The notes: generated from the sequence alone by a model not told the origin. 64,000 nucleotides of DNA from Lama glama (GCA_028534125.1 CM052817.1:107944001-108008000); one strand, 5' to 3'; positions 1 through 12,112 are shown, numbered from the stretch's first letter. Program-made: numbers and translations.

Positions 1-660
1 CTGCTGTCTAAATCCGACCTGCACAACCAAGCCCAGAAAAGTGAAGCTCCTTGCGTGGTGGCGCGGGAACCTCCAGAAAGCAGAGCCTGGGACACGGGCT
101 CGTGCGCCCGTCGTTTGTGAAGGAAGCGAACCTAGGAAGCAAGAGCCGGGCTGAGGCGAGGGAGACAAAAAGGGGCTCCGGAGCGAGGGTGCGGCACTGA
201 GCCGCGGGCCCCCGCGGGCTTCCCACGCGGATGCGCCAGGACCCTGCGCGGAGCTGGCCGCCGGAGGGTCCAGGGGAGGACTGATTGGTCCACACGCCCT
301 GTTCTCCGTTCCTTGAGGTCTGGCCCTTAGGACATCAGCGCTGCACACGCGCGTGGCGCTTGCACGTGGATCCAGCTGCCTTTCCCAGGGTCCCGTCCTC
401 CCCATTGGAGAGCCCGACACGGTGCGCACTTCACTGTGGTCACCAGGAGAGTGAGGTCAGAGCCGCCCACTCCCGCGGGGGGTCAGAGCTCGGGGTCAGC
501 GCGGAAGGGACGTTCGGGGTCCATCCCTGCTTCTCTGGGGCCCACTCCTCACGTGCTCGAGTGACGCGCTCGCACGGATGCTGATGCGGGAGGCCAGCGG
601 GAGGACCGCTTGTCCCCGCGACTCCTGCTGGTCCAGGGCCACACCTAGTATTCCCGCTCC
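1..660. promoter_or_regulatory. CpG island, likely promoter of a gene lying outside the window
   Basis: GC-rich with many unmutated CpGs, unlike the rest of the window. Inverted CCAAT boxes (ATTGG) at 284-288 and 404-408, E-boxes CACGTG at 363-368 and 550-555, GC-box-like CCGCCC near 463. Confidence 0.75.
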
Positions 661-669
661 TGTTTATTG

Positions 670-1090
670 TCATCTATTATACTGTAATATTAATATATTA
701 TGATATAACGTACTCTATATACAATACATAGTAGTTATATACTATGTATTATGCATAATGTATAGTATATGAAATTATTTTATAAGTATTAATTATTATA
801 AAATGCATTATTATACACAATTCATTATTACATTATATAACTATAATATTGTAATTATATTATATGATTATTTAATTTTTAATTATTTATTTCATAAATA
901 AAATAATATAAATGTTATTATATCATAATTACATTAATATACAATTATAATAAATTATTGTATAATGCATTATATATTAAATATGTAGTATTCATATTTT
1001 ATGTACTATGTATAATGCATAATATTTATAATTTATATATGAATTATAATATCATAATTTATAATATTTGTAATGTTAATTAATTTATTA
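670..1090. repeat. AT-rich low-complexity tract (degenerate TA/TAA/TAT repeats)
   Basis: About 420 bp made almost entirely of A/T with short TA-type periodicity. Confidence 0.95.
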
Positions 1091-1147
1091 TTTTTTTAAA
1101 TTTTTTTCTTTTTTTAGTGGTAGGAGGTAATCAAATTTATTTATTTG
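1085..1147 (-). mobile_element. 3' tail fragment of camelid tRNA-derived SINE
   Basis: Reverse complement AAATAAATAAATTTGATTACCTCC plus A-rich tail resembles the tail of the full SINE at 26041-26080 (AAATAAATAAAACTAATTGCCTCC). Confidence 0.55.
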
Positions 1148-1805
1148 CTGGGAAACAAGCCACATCTAAATTTCCATGAGCTTAAAATATGATATTCGTG
1201 CTTGCTTAAAATGCACATGCTTGCTTTGTTTTGATGTTTTATGCAGTAGATGACCTATAGCACGTATTATACTAAAGAAAATTTGTGAGGGGCAATCCTG
1301 AGATTGACCATAAGAGCACAAAGCAGGGCAGAGATTTCCTTAGGGTGAAACAGTGGATGGTCCTGGAAAGCCAGATCATCCATTAACAGAACTTTGTTCT
1401 GGCTTGAAAGCATGCAGTTTAACCCAGGGGAAGTATTTGCTATCTCGAGATGTCCCGGAGGCAGTAACAGGATAGACTTAGAAATTTTGCATCCCCCGAG
1501 GAGGGTGATTGTTCCTGCAAGGGATAGGCCTGAAATTAATCAGTTAACCAGCAAGCAGAACTTCATGCTTATCACATGGAATGTCTAAAGCCCCACCACT
1601 TTGATCACATCTTTTTCTGAGCCGTGTACTCCTAATAAATATGATGTCGACCAGGCGTTCGGGACTCTGGATCCACGATATCTTGAGTCCCCTGGTCCCA
1701 TCTTTGCTCTTTACTTTGTCTCTTTGTTTCTTAAGTCTTGCGTCGCCCGTCCTCAGACACGGTCCTGAGCTGCACTGGATGCAGCATTTGTGTATTTTAA
1801 TTGTC

Positions 1806-1892
1806 TTTTTTTTCAAACAGAGGTACTGGGGATTAAACCCAGGACCTCATGTATGCTATGCATGCACTCTGCCACTGAGCTCTACCCCCCCC
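1806..1892 (-). mobile_element. tRNA-Ala-derived SINE (Vic-1-like)
   Basis: Reverse complement GGGGGGTAGAGCTCAGTGGCAGAGTGCATGCATAGCATACATGAGGTCCTGGGTTTAATCCCCAGTACCTC plus polyA, with A- and B-box remnants. Confidence 0.9.
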
Positions 1893-1949
1893 ATTATTAT
1901 CATTATTTTAAATTAAATTCCCTCTCCTAATTTCCCTCTTCTTTTACCA

Positions 1950-4030
1950 CTCATTCTATTTCCCTCACATTTGGGCATCAGGTCAGCGGTGCTGATGTTT
2001 GCCTGACTGATGGACCTGTGCCTCGAGACAAAGGCTTTGAGGCAGTAATCATCCTGCCCTTACTGGGTTAAGATTGAGTACAATTGACCAATTACTATTA
2101 TAATGGGTGAGGGAGTGTCAAAAACATCTTTGTGGACCCGGGATTCCAGACGCACCCTTCTCTGCCCTCTTCTCGGTCAGTAGATTACCTACCCCTTAGT
2201 ATAATCATTCCTTTTTTATTCTTTCTGCTCCCCTGGCCAAAAAACAGACAAACAAATGAAAACGAAAGCAGTTCATCCAGTTACAGCTGCCTGACTCCTT
2301 CTAGGTAATGTGGTGTATGGTATAATGTGGGACCCATGTAGTTCCTGTTTTCCATAAAGTGATCCCCTTGGTCTAGACAGTGTGTATGAGTAATGTGTCC
2401 AGAGATCAAAGATTCTGTGATGCTGGAACCAGCCGTGACCCTGCAGCCAGGAAAGAGAAATCTACATCAGTCAGTGTCAGCTCCTGCAGGGATGAATCAC
2501 TGTCTCTTTCAGGGCAGAAGAGGCTCAGTGCAGTCCACTTGCATTCGCCTCTGATGCTAGCAAGCCGGGCATCCAACAGTGGTACTTAAGTTGACTGTGG
2601 TGAGAGGGAGCCATGAGGTTGACCCTGCACCGCCATAGTCATTCTATTTGTGGCCCTTTCTCCCATGTAGTAGGACAGAGATGCACTGATGACCGTAGGA
2701 TAAGTCACCCCACCTCCCTGGTTGTTGACTTTCCCCTGTGTTGGAGGCTCTCTGGTTTGTTAACAGAAGACTCGTCAGTCTTCATACTGAATGCTACTTC
2801 CATAAATTCCTCCACATGCCCTTTGCCAGAATTTGTTGTCTCTGATCTCTTAATTATATTTCTTTCATCTCTGATTAAGCAGCCAAGCCATCCATCATTG
2901 TCTAGAATTCCATGCCTGTGCAAATCTTAGTGACTCCTCTCTCGAAACAAATTAACCAATCAAATGTGCTCCCTGCAACTTTGCCGGTGGTAGGATCTCT
3001 CCTCACTTCTTTCCTTTTCGACCCCACATGAGTAATGCTCTCCTGCAGCAGCAATCCATTTTCTTTTTTTTTTTTAATTCAATTCTAGTCAGTTTACAAT
3101 GTGTCAATTTCTGGTGTACAGCATCATGTCTCAGTCGTACATATACAGACATATATTCCCTTTTATAGCCTTTTTCATTATAGGCTATTACAAGGTATCA
3201 AATATAGTTCCCTGTGCTACACAAAAGAAACTTATTGAATATCTATTATATGTATGGTAGTTAGCATCTAAAAATCTCTAACTCCCAGTTTAATCCCTTC
3301 CCACTCCCTTTCCATGCTGGTAACCGTAAATTTGTTTTCTATGTCTGTGAGTCTATTTCTGCTTTGTAAATAAGTTAATTTGTATCTTTTTTTAGATTCC
3401 GCATATAAGTGACATCATATGGTATTTGTCTTTCTCTGATTGACTTACTTCACTTGGTATGACAATCTCCAGGTCCAACCATGGTGTTGCAAATGGCACC
3501 GTTTAATTCTTTAGCAATCCATTTTCAATTGACATTCACATCTTTATGCAATATACCTTCAAATGAGGTTTTCCCTCTACTGTAAGATGGTGGTAGGGAC
3601 CACTCTCCCATGAGATGGTAAGTGTAAGATAAGGGACATGCTTCAGTGCAAGAGAGAATCTGACCACACAATCCTCTAACTCACTTGTACCCTATAACCT
3701 TACTTGCATTCTATGGACCTCAGATGTGATCCCAAACATACTGTTTCCATTGTATCATGGATTGTGTAGCACAGCTCAACTTTATTACTCAGTGACTCTG
3801 ACAATAGGTGATCCAAGATGGATGGTTCCAATCAAAGAGCCATATATTCTTCCATGACAAGGCACATTTTCAAGTCAGTCTTCTGTCCCGGGTCTGGCCT
3901 TGATCCAGAACCCTACAGTTCTGTAGTAACACTTGTTGGTAATTTCCGGAGACTCCACACAGCATCCTTTCCACCATTGATGCTAACGTCATTAGATCTG
4001 CTGGGTCCTAGGATTTGGGTGGCTGGGTAG
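1950..4030 (-). mobile_element. Decayed ERVL/MaLR-type internal region (pol relic), interrupted by an L1
   Basis: Minus-strand peptides DPADLMTL, KDAVWSL, GFWIKA and QSMIQWKQYVWDH occur in the order of the ERVL Pol motifs DPADPMVL, RDAVWSL, GFWSKA and HSIIKWKWYIRD. Many stops and frameshifts. Boundaries approximate. Confidence 0.8.
3064..3512 (-). mobile_element. 5'-truncated young L1 3' end
   Basis: Poly-T, then L1 3'UTR and end of ORF2. Perfect 14-bp TSD AGCAATCCATTTTC at 3050-3063 and 3513-3526. Confidence 0.95.
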
Positions 4031-5524
4031 CTTTCTCTACAGCCTGGGACCAGCTGCAGACCCCTCTCTTTTTCCTGGCCTCACTTGAAATTGACAACCC
4101 TACAAATCCCATGAAAACAGGCGAAATTTTTCTCCGTCTTAGTATATGTGCCTCCGAAACCCAAAGGCGCTACCAAGTGTTGTAACACCTGGGGACCTGG
4201 CGGTATGGAGCAAGGTGTAACTGCTTGTCTCTTTCCTGAGATGGGATACCCCGGCTCACCACAGATCAGAAACGTTATATACGTGACAGGCTCCTGACTC
4301 TGTGTAGTTTTCTCTTCTCTCCAGCATGCGTGTGTTTTAAAAGTGGTCCTAGTACTTGCCACCATCTAGCCGTCTGGTCTGTTTCACATTATGCTGTAAT
4401 GTAACAGACAAATGTGGTCTTCGAAAGATGGTTAAGATCGTAAAATCACTATATTGTAAGTATGGGATATTTCTTTCCTCTCCCATTTGCTGTCTAACAA
4501 AATATTATTGGATTTTAAAATAGAGGGTTTCTTTCAACTGTTAGATTATTCTCTCCCAGTGAATTATAAATCCCTTGAGCCCAAAAGAACATACACATTT
4601 TATTCCTTATACAGCCACAGATATTAGTAAAATGTCTTGCTTATCATAGTTGATAGGAAAATGGTGGGTTGAATTGAGTAAAAATCGCTCGGTGCTTATG
4701 AAGATAATAATTAAAATATATGATCTGGAGAAGTGTTAGGTTGAGTTTATTAAGGGGAAAATAGAACAATACATGCATCAAGAGTGAGAGAGAATGAGGA
4801 AATAAAGAAACATTTTTAATGTGCCTGTTGTGTGCCGCCTGCCCTGCCCCGTCTGGTACAGGGTCCGCCGTGCAGTCCTCTTGCTCGGGAGCAAACATCA
4901 TCACTGAGATTCCTAAATAAGCCAAGGACATTTAGGCACAGCCAAGACTCAGCCCTTGATAATTTCCTACTGGCACTAGAAAAATACGGGGCATGATTTT
5001 CAAGTGTATTTTCAGCCAGTTACGTGGCTTTACCATGGAAACAGCATAATTTAATGAAATGTTTTTAGAAATATAATAAACATCCTGGAATTATTTCCAC
5101 ATAAAATACTGATGATTTGCTCTCTATTTCAACAGCTGCTACAGTTCTTTTCAAAAATTCCCATACTATATGCTCCAGAAACCCTTTCCTACAGTCTTCA
5201 TTCATTTCCTGGAACTGGCTTTACCTCGCTGCCATGTGGCACTTCACAGCATCTATTTAAATGAGGGACCATTCACATCCTTGGATCTGAACGGTCCCGG
5301 TCTTTCCTCTGCAGGAGAATTGCTGGAGTCAAGATAACAAACAAATTCTGATAGATATTCAATAACAAATATTTTGTTTCTTAGGCCAAAATGTCTCAAT
5401 TCTCTCCCAAGTATATTCAGCATGTAACTTTAAATCATGTTAATGTAAATCGAGTAAGACAACTAAACTTTCTTCTAATTGAGTGGCTACTGATCCAACT
5501 TGACTCTTGGGGTGTAAATATCTA

Positions 5525-5640
5525 TATTTTGGACTATAGTCAGTTACAATGTGTCAATTTCTGGTGTATATATTTTTTAATTGAAGTACATTTGATTTAC
5601 AATGTGTTCATTTCTGGTGTACAGCATAGAGATTATATCT
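5525..5640 (-). mobile_element. Two adjacent very short L1 3'-terminal fragments
   Basis: Two consecutive copies of the L1 terminal motif TTACAATGTGT..ATTTCTGGTGTA seen in the other L1 ends of the window. Confidence 0.75.
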
Positions 5641-5850
5641 TTATCATGAAACATTTCAAGTATTCAAAAAACTATTAAAAAGATATTTTTAAAATATATC
5701 TTAAAAGTCTTAATATTTTATCATTTCTTTAAATCCATATATCCACATACCTGTTACATTCAAGATATGGCTTCAGTATCATCTCTGTGCCCATTTCTCT
5801 GTCATTCTCCCCACAGGTAAATTTATCCTCAATTATTATTCCCATACTGG

Positions 5851-5890
5851 GTGTGTGTGTATGTGTGTGTGTGTATGTGTGTGTGTGTGT
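5851..5890. repeat. (TG)n microsatellite, imperfect
   Basis: Direct reading of the sequence. Confidence 0.95.
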
Positions 5891-5919
5891 ATATAAAAAT
5901 CATTCTGTGAGTTGTAGGA

Positions 5920-6195
5920 CTTTGACATTTCACATGATGGATCATGTGGGTTATGGATTTCGGGAAGTATACCACAGAAATAAAATGCTTTTCTCCTCTC
6001 ATCACACAGGGAGGTGGGGGACATGATTTCCACTCGGCTTCTCCTTAATGATGCTAATTTTGATCATTTGCTTAAGGAGGTGTCTGCCCAGGGTCTCTAA
6101 AGATACCATTTCCCCCTTTCCACATTCTGTTTTCTGGAAGTGACTCGCGAAGTCTAGACCACACTTAGGAATGGAGAGTTAAGTTTCCTTCCAAC
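5920..6195 (-). mobile_element. Ancient L1MC-type 3'UTR fragment
   Basis: Resembles L1MC 3' end motifs (GATCATTTGCTTAAGG, CCACACTTAGGAATGGAGAGTTAAG). Recognised from memory. Confidence 0.55.
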
Positions 6196-6552
6196 ATCCT
6201 CATCTTTTTGTGATAAAAATTGGTGATGAACTACAACCACTCGATACCAACAACCTATTCGTGACCTAGTCATTTCCTGAATAAAGTTTTTGGTCACTCT
6301 TGCAGGAAAGGAACATACCAGCTCAAGGGCTTGCTGAGGACAAAAGGAATCTGCAATTCGTAGGGGAAGAAGACGTTCCAAATATCCACAACTCCCACAT
6401 GATTAGTTGCAGAAATAAGGGAAGCATTTTTTATGAGTGCTTCTTGCTTATGTTGAAAAGAATATCTTTGTATAAATGTGTGCATTATATATTTGTTGTA
6501 TTAATGGAGATTAGATATAGATAGATAGTTAAAATAAGTAACTTCTGCAGTA

Positions 6553-6686
6553 CCAGTTGATCTGGCAGGAGGTTGAATTTGAGGATGTGAACCCAGGATA
6601 TGGAGGGCTGACTAGAAAGTTATACTAGGATTTTCAACTGCACGGAGTTGGCGCCCCTAATCCACATTGTCCAAGAGTCATCTGTG
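6553..6686 (+). mobile_element. Tigger2/MER8-like DNA transposon terminal fragment
   Basis: GGATTTTCAACTGCACGGAGTTGGCGCCCCTAATCC..TTGTCCAAGAGTCATCTG resembles the Tigger2 3' terminal inverted repeat region. Confidence 0.7.
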
Positions 6687-6957
6687 TACATACATATAAA
6701 CTTTACCAACATTACATTAGACGGTATCGAAGAGGGACTGAGGCTCAGCTAGCAGAGGAATAAATACCATTTAAAGATGGACAAAGTGACATGGGACTTC
6801 GTATTATTTTAGGGTGAAAGCTAGCTGTTTTCTATTGCAGAAGTGATTGCTGCACAGATGGAAGCAAAGTTGTAGATCTGCTTGCAAATTAAGTGTGTTC
6901 TAATGTGTTATGTGTGGATGCCAAATTTGTAAAGAAAATGAGTGGGATGAATTCATA

Positions 6958-7457
6958 NNNNNNNNNNNNNNNNNNNNNNNNNNNNNNNNNNNNNNNNNNN
7001 NNNNNNNNNNNNNNNNNNNNNNNNNNNNNNNNNNNNNNNNNNNNNNNNNNNNNNNNNNNNNNNNNNNNNNNNNNNNNNNNNNNNNNNNNNNNNNNNNNNN
7101 NNNNNNNNNNNNNNNNNNNNNNNNNNNNNNNNNNNNNNNNNNNNNNNNNNNNNNNNNNNNNNNNNNNNNNNNNNNNNNNNNNNNNNNNNNNNNNNNNNNN
7201 NNNNNNNNNNNNNNNNNNNNNNNNNNNNNNNNNNNNNNNNNNNNNNNNNNNNNNNNNNNNNNNNNNNNNNNNNNNNNNNNNNNNNNNNNNNNNNNNNNNN
7301 NNNNNNNNNNNNNNNNNNNNNNNNNNNNNNNNNNNNNNNNNNNNNNNNNNNNNNNNNNNNNNNNNNNNNNNNNNNNNNNNNNNNNNNNNNNNNNNNNNNN
7401 NNNNNNNNNNNNNNNNNNNNNNNNNNNNNNNNNNNNNNNNNNNNNNNNNNNNNNNNN
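6958..7457. other. Assembly gap of exactly 500 N
   Basis: Run of N. The round length is typical of a scaffolding join of unknown size. Confidence 0.99.
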
Positions 7458-7737
7458 CAGAACTATTTATACAATTCTGCTTAAATATGCATAGGAAGTA
7501 TTATATATTTAAGAGGGGTAATCTTTTTAAATATTCATTTAGATTACATTTGATGAGATGCTTATAATGCCAGCCACTGTGCAGACTACAACAGAGAATA
7601 CAATTGCATTTTGGGAATGAATTGTGCTAATTCAGAACACTCTAATTCTAAAGCAATGTATACGACTGAGGTTCACCTCTTCAAAGACACTCTTAATTAA
7701 TCAAAAAGTCACTTTGGCTGTAGTCACACAGTGCCTC

Positions 7738-8815
7738 TGTATTAATCAGAATTCTCCAGAGAAACAGAATAGATATATCTCTATATCGCTATTGCTTCTA
7801 TCTCAAAAGTGAGAGAGATTTAGCAAGGAATTGTTTCGTGTAGTTATGGAGATGGGCAAGTCTCAGGATCTACAATGCAAATTAGCAAGCTGGGGACCCA
7901 GGATAGCCAAAGGTTTAGTTCCAGTTCAAGTTCAAAGCCCTAAGACCCAGGCGAGCAGATGGTGTAGTTCCCATGTGAAGGCTGGCAGCTCAAGATCTAA
8001 GAAGAGCTGAAGTCTTAGTTTGATTCTGGAGGTAGTGAGACAGGAGGGCTGGGGCCAGGGCACAACCACGGAATAAATGACACAACCGTTAGCACCAAGA
8101 TGGTGGGAAGTTCAACTCCCAGCGGATCTTGAGCTTCAGTATCTTCTCAGTGAAAGACAAGAGCTGCTAAATGGTCCTCCCACAGGTGCCAAGGCAGCTG
8201 CAAGGCTGACCATCAAAGGTCAAAAAGTGGGCGATGGACCAGTTCCTGGGAATCCCCACTCCTTCCCCAAAGTAGTTGGAATAACCCTCCCACTTGTCAG
8301 CATATGAAGTTACTGAGCCCATAAAAACTAACAACCCCCCACCTCGAGGCTTTTCTCTTAATTTTTGAGATGAACTGCACTCTGTCTATGGAGTGTGTAC
8401 CTCTTTGAATAAATCTACCTTTACTGTGGTTTGCTCTTGAATTCTTCTCTTGGCACAAAGCCAAGCACCCTCACTTGATGGGGCACATCCCAGAGACTCA
8501 CCTGGGACCTGGGACATGGCCAACCTCTCTCGCCCCATTTTCCTGTATCAGTAGCAGAAAAGCAAATGTCTCAGTTTACAGAGAGTCAGGCAGGAAAGAA
8601 TTCTCTTATTCAGGGTGCAGGTCAGTCTCTTCATTCTACTGGATAAGTCCCACTCACATTAGGTAGGGAAATCTGCCTGACTCAGTCTATCAACTTAAAT
8701 GTTAATCACACTGAAAACTACCTTGACAGAAACACCCAGAATACCATTTAACCAACTATCTGGGCACCCTGTGATCCAGTCAAGTTAGAAGATGACACAA
8801 AAGTAGTCATCTTAA
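7738..8815 (-). mobile_element. MLT2-type ERVL LTR, split by a younger solo LTR
   Basis: MLT2-like motifs TTCTCCAGAGAAACAGAA at the left end and ACAGAAACACCCAGAATA..CTGGGCACCCTGTGATCCAGTCAAGTT at the right end. Confidence 0.8.
8036..8550 (+). mobile_element. ERV1-type solo LTR (515 bp)
   Basis: TG...CA termini (TGAGACAGG / CCTGTATCA), perfect 4-bp TSD GTAG at 8032-8035 and 8551-8554, TATA-like CATAAAA near 8320, AATAAA at 8408-8413. Confidence 0.9.
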
Positions 8816-8888
8816 CTTCCAGGTGGAAGTGGACTCGTAAGCCACCCTTTGCAGGAAACTCCGTTTCTTGTCACTTTAGCAAAAACTA

Positions 8889-9709
8889 TGTTATAATTAA
8901 CCTCAAACCAGGCACCCCTGTGCCCCACTCATCTCTGGTCTCAACACACCTTTCAAATCACACAGTACCTTGCCTAACTTGTTGGTCTTTCTGGACATCA
9001 AAGAAATGGAAATGGAAATGAAGTAATTAACAGATGACCAGATCTCTTCCCTAGTTTCCCCTTCGGGAGTCTCACAAACAACTGTGTGAACAAAAAAGCA
9101 TGTTAAGAAAATTCACAGAGAATTGACAGTCCCTCCCGCAGTCCACAGTCTGGGGAGGGGAGGCAGCAGGGACGATTCCGAGCCTCTTATCTCGTTAATC
9201 AGCTAAGACTTCTTTCCTAGTCTCTCTCTCTTTTTTTAAATTAGTTCATCCAAGTTATTATTTATTCTATTTTTTAGTTTTAGAGATTCATGTGACTTTT
9301 TTTCAGTTGAAGTACAGTCAGTTACAATGTGTCAATTTCTGGTGCACAGCACAATGTCCCAGTCATGCATATACGTACATATATTCATTTTCATATTCTT
9401 CTTTATTAAAGGTTATTACAAGATATTGAATATAGTTCCCTGTGCCATACAGTATGAATTTGTTGTTTATCTATTTTCATATATAGTGGTTAACGTTTGC
9501 AAATCTCAAACTCCCAAATTTATCCCCTATTCTCTCTAAAAACTTCCTTGGCTGAGCAGCATCTTCGAAGACGGTCCTTGGGGACATAAGCCCGCCATCT
9601 CTGCGGACTGCCCACATTCTGATTAAAAGCAGTTTTCCTTCCTGTTAGCACCGCCTCTTTAGCTTGTTGATTTAAAGAGTGGGAAGCGGTCTGCCAACGT
9701 TTGGTAACA
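8889..9709 (+). mobile_element. MER4-group-like ERV1 LTR with an L1 insertion
   Basis: Starts TGTTA and ends TTGGTAACA, with ATTAAA near 9621. No matching TSD seen. Confidence 0.6.
9290..9530 (-). mobile_element. Young L1 3' end
   Basis: Same 3'UTR as 3064-3512, preceded by a T-rich tail from about 9231. Confidence 0.9.
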
Positions 9710-9789
9710 GAGCTTAACCACCAGTTACAGTAATTTGTTTCCTGTTCATGTTAATTTGTTGTAATGAGCAGAAAAGAATCATTACATAA

Positions 9790-10760
9790 GAGCCATTCAT
9801 TCATTTGGAGACATATTTTTAGCCCCAGTAAATCCCGAGCTTTGTGACAGACATTGGAAATTTACAAAATGCATTGTGACATTGGAAAAGTACTCATGGG
9901 ATGTGATTACATGTGACCAGGACAGGAAGACACTTGCAGGCAGAGGAAGTGGCCTGTCAGCATCTCTCAGGCAGGCAAAGAATGTAATCTTTCAAGAAAC
10001 AGAAAGAAAACCAATGCACCAAATCACAATATAGAACAAAATAAAGATTTGAGTCTACATTTTGAGGAAAATGAGACGAGCTTTTCAGCAGAAGAGTAAC
10101 AGATCCCATTTTCACTTTTGAAAATCATTCTATGTGGAAAGTAGATAAGATGGAGATAGAATCAGAATCAGAGGAAGGAAATACAGTTATAAAAAAAATC
10201 TAGACAACCACAGAGATAGAGAGAATGAAATGCATATACAAATAGGGGGAAAACTGATGACACTTAACAATTGACTGGATTAGGGTAAGGGAAAGAAAGG
10301 TGTCAGGGAGGATTCTTGGACTTTGAATCTCAGGAATTGCTCAAAGAATTCTAAGGAATTGCCATTTCCTGACATGTAGACCCTACAGGAGGAACAGGTA
10401 AGAATGAGCGAGATCATGAAAGTGGTGCAGGAGAAGGTTCCCGGTGGCAGTGAGATCCACGAGTAGGCTCCTTGGAGTGGGTGTAAATACATGACTCTGG
10501 TCCTCAGTAGAGTGGTTGGCTTTGTGCACAATGAGATGGGCGAGTTGTAGTCTACATTACGGGGATAAACGAGGTTACCTAGGAAGGAAGTGGAGAGTTT
10601 GCCCAGAAGGGGGAAATGATCGGAACTCTGAGAAGTGTAGACATGTAATTTCAGATTAAGTAGGATGAGCCGTGTAGGAGCTGAGAAGAAACAATCAGGT
10701 CGTAGGAAACCCACCTGAACGTGGAGCAAAAAAGGCAAAATGAAGAGAGTGTTCCGAGCA
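9790..10760. mobile_element. Ancient L2 fragments
   Basis: CATTCATTCATT start followed by purine-rich degenerate L2-like sequence. Confidence 0.5.
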
Positions 10761-10789
10761 AGATGGAAAAATAAGGGTGGTAATAATCA

Positions 10790-11020
10790 TCGCAACAATG
10801 TCAGCGAAAATATTTCATTTACTGTATTCCAAGCCTGCTTTTGTGAACTTTACAGGTATTATCTTATTTAATCCTCCCCAAATCGTGTGAGATTAGTGTC
10901 ACTATTGTCACTGCTTTACATATGGTGTGGCTGAGTTTCAAGAAATTAATCATCTTACCCAAAGTCAGACAGGAAGCCTGGCTTTGCAAGTCTCAGATTT
11001 ACGTCCTTAGCTCTGCTACC
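10790..11020. mobile_element. MIR
   Basis: ATCTTATTTAATCCTC...TTACCCAAAGTCAGACAG, MIR core-like motifs. Confidence 0.65.
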
Positions 11021-11064
11021 TTGCAAAGGTGAGAATGATTACCTTATGAAGGGGCTTTTCATTT

Positions 11065-11875
11065 GTTACTGACAAAAACAAAAATCTGAGAAAACAGACT
11101 TGTTTGAAAGTATATGTATTATGGTTTCAATTATGGTGGTCTCTAGGAGCTTAAAAAATTCAAAACACTAGAAAGCAAAACCCAGAATTTAGTCCCTTTC
11201 TTAATTTCAGCTCCATCCCCCATGGGAGCAGGGTACACAAAGCAATAAGTAAGTTTGCAGAGGGAGACAAAGGCAGAAAGCAAGTTAATAAAGGTGTCAC
11301 CCGAAATAAAGAGGTCAACTGGAGGCAAGTCCGAATTACCTGAATTTCAGTTTGTTCAGGAATAGCAGAGAAACTGGAATTCAGGAAAAGCATGCTGCAG
11401 CAAGCAAGTCCATGGAGGGTTTGGGGTGGGCTGTATTGATGGGCGAGGAATGTAAAAAGGGGAAATTCCAGCCATAATCCAAGCAAGAAATCCATTGCCT
11501 TGAGGATGGGGAGACATTTTCAGAAGATGTTCGTTGGTCAGGATATAAATCTCAGTCTTGGGTAAATCAATTATTTACAGGATATCAGTCTCTTTGTTAA
11601 GTTTCATTCTGAGAGCGCATGCCTGAGATTCTCCATTTCACCTCCTCGTTTCATTTCAGATTGAAATCCTTTCACCAAGGTCTGGTGGAAGCATTGCCCT
11701 TTATTATTTAGTCCCCTCTCCAGGCTTACATTCTCCTTCCCCTGAGTCCACAGGGAGGGGATTCCCTCCTGCCTGATCAGGAAATCAAGTCTTGAACTCA
11801 GTGCTGATGTCCTCAGTCAGGTCCAGTGTCAACCCTTGAATCAATTAATGTTGCTAAGGGTGTTGTAATGATACA
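11065..11875. mobile_element. Probable old LTR, family not assigned
   Basis: TGTTAC start, ATACA end and LTR-like composition. Weak support. Confidence 0.35.
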
Positions 11876-12112
11876 CACTGATGAGTCAGGTCTTGGCTAC
11901 TTGTCTTCTCCTAGAACTGAGTGACCCCCCCCCCCAGTTCAACTCCTCTTAGACTAAGAAAGGCAGAGAGGATGCTGACACTAAGACAGTTCGTGGTAAA
12001 TTGCCAACCATCTTGTTTTTGAAACTTTATCAGATGGAGATTTAAAAGTATTTATTATATTTGACAACAGTGAGTTTACTTACATTTTTAGAGCAGTTTT
12101 AGTCAAGCAGTA

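Noticed and set aside
8..673. ORFs of 77-99 aa in the CpG island
   Set aside because: Expected in GC-rich DNA, with no recognisable protein similarity.
6893..7567. 224-aa and 194-aa ORFs
   Set aside because: Artefacts of reading through the 500-N gap.
10280..10738. 152-aa minus-strand ORF
   Set aside because: Lies in degenerate L2-like sequence and shows no recognisable domain.
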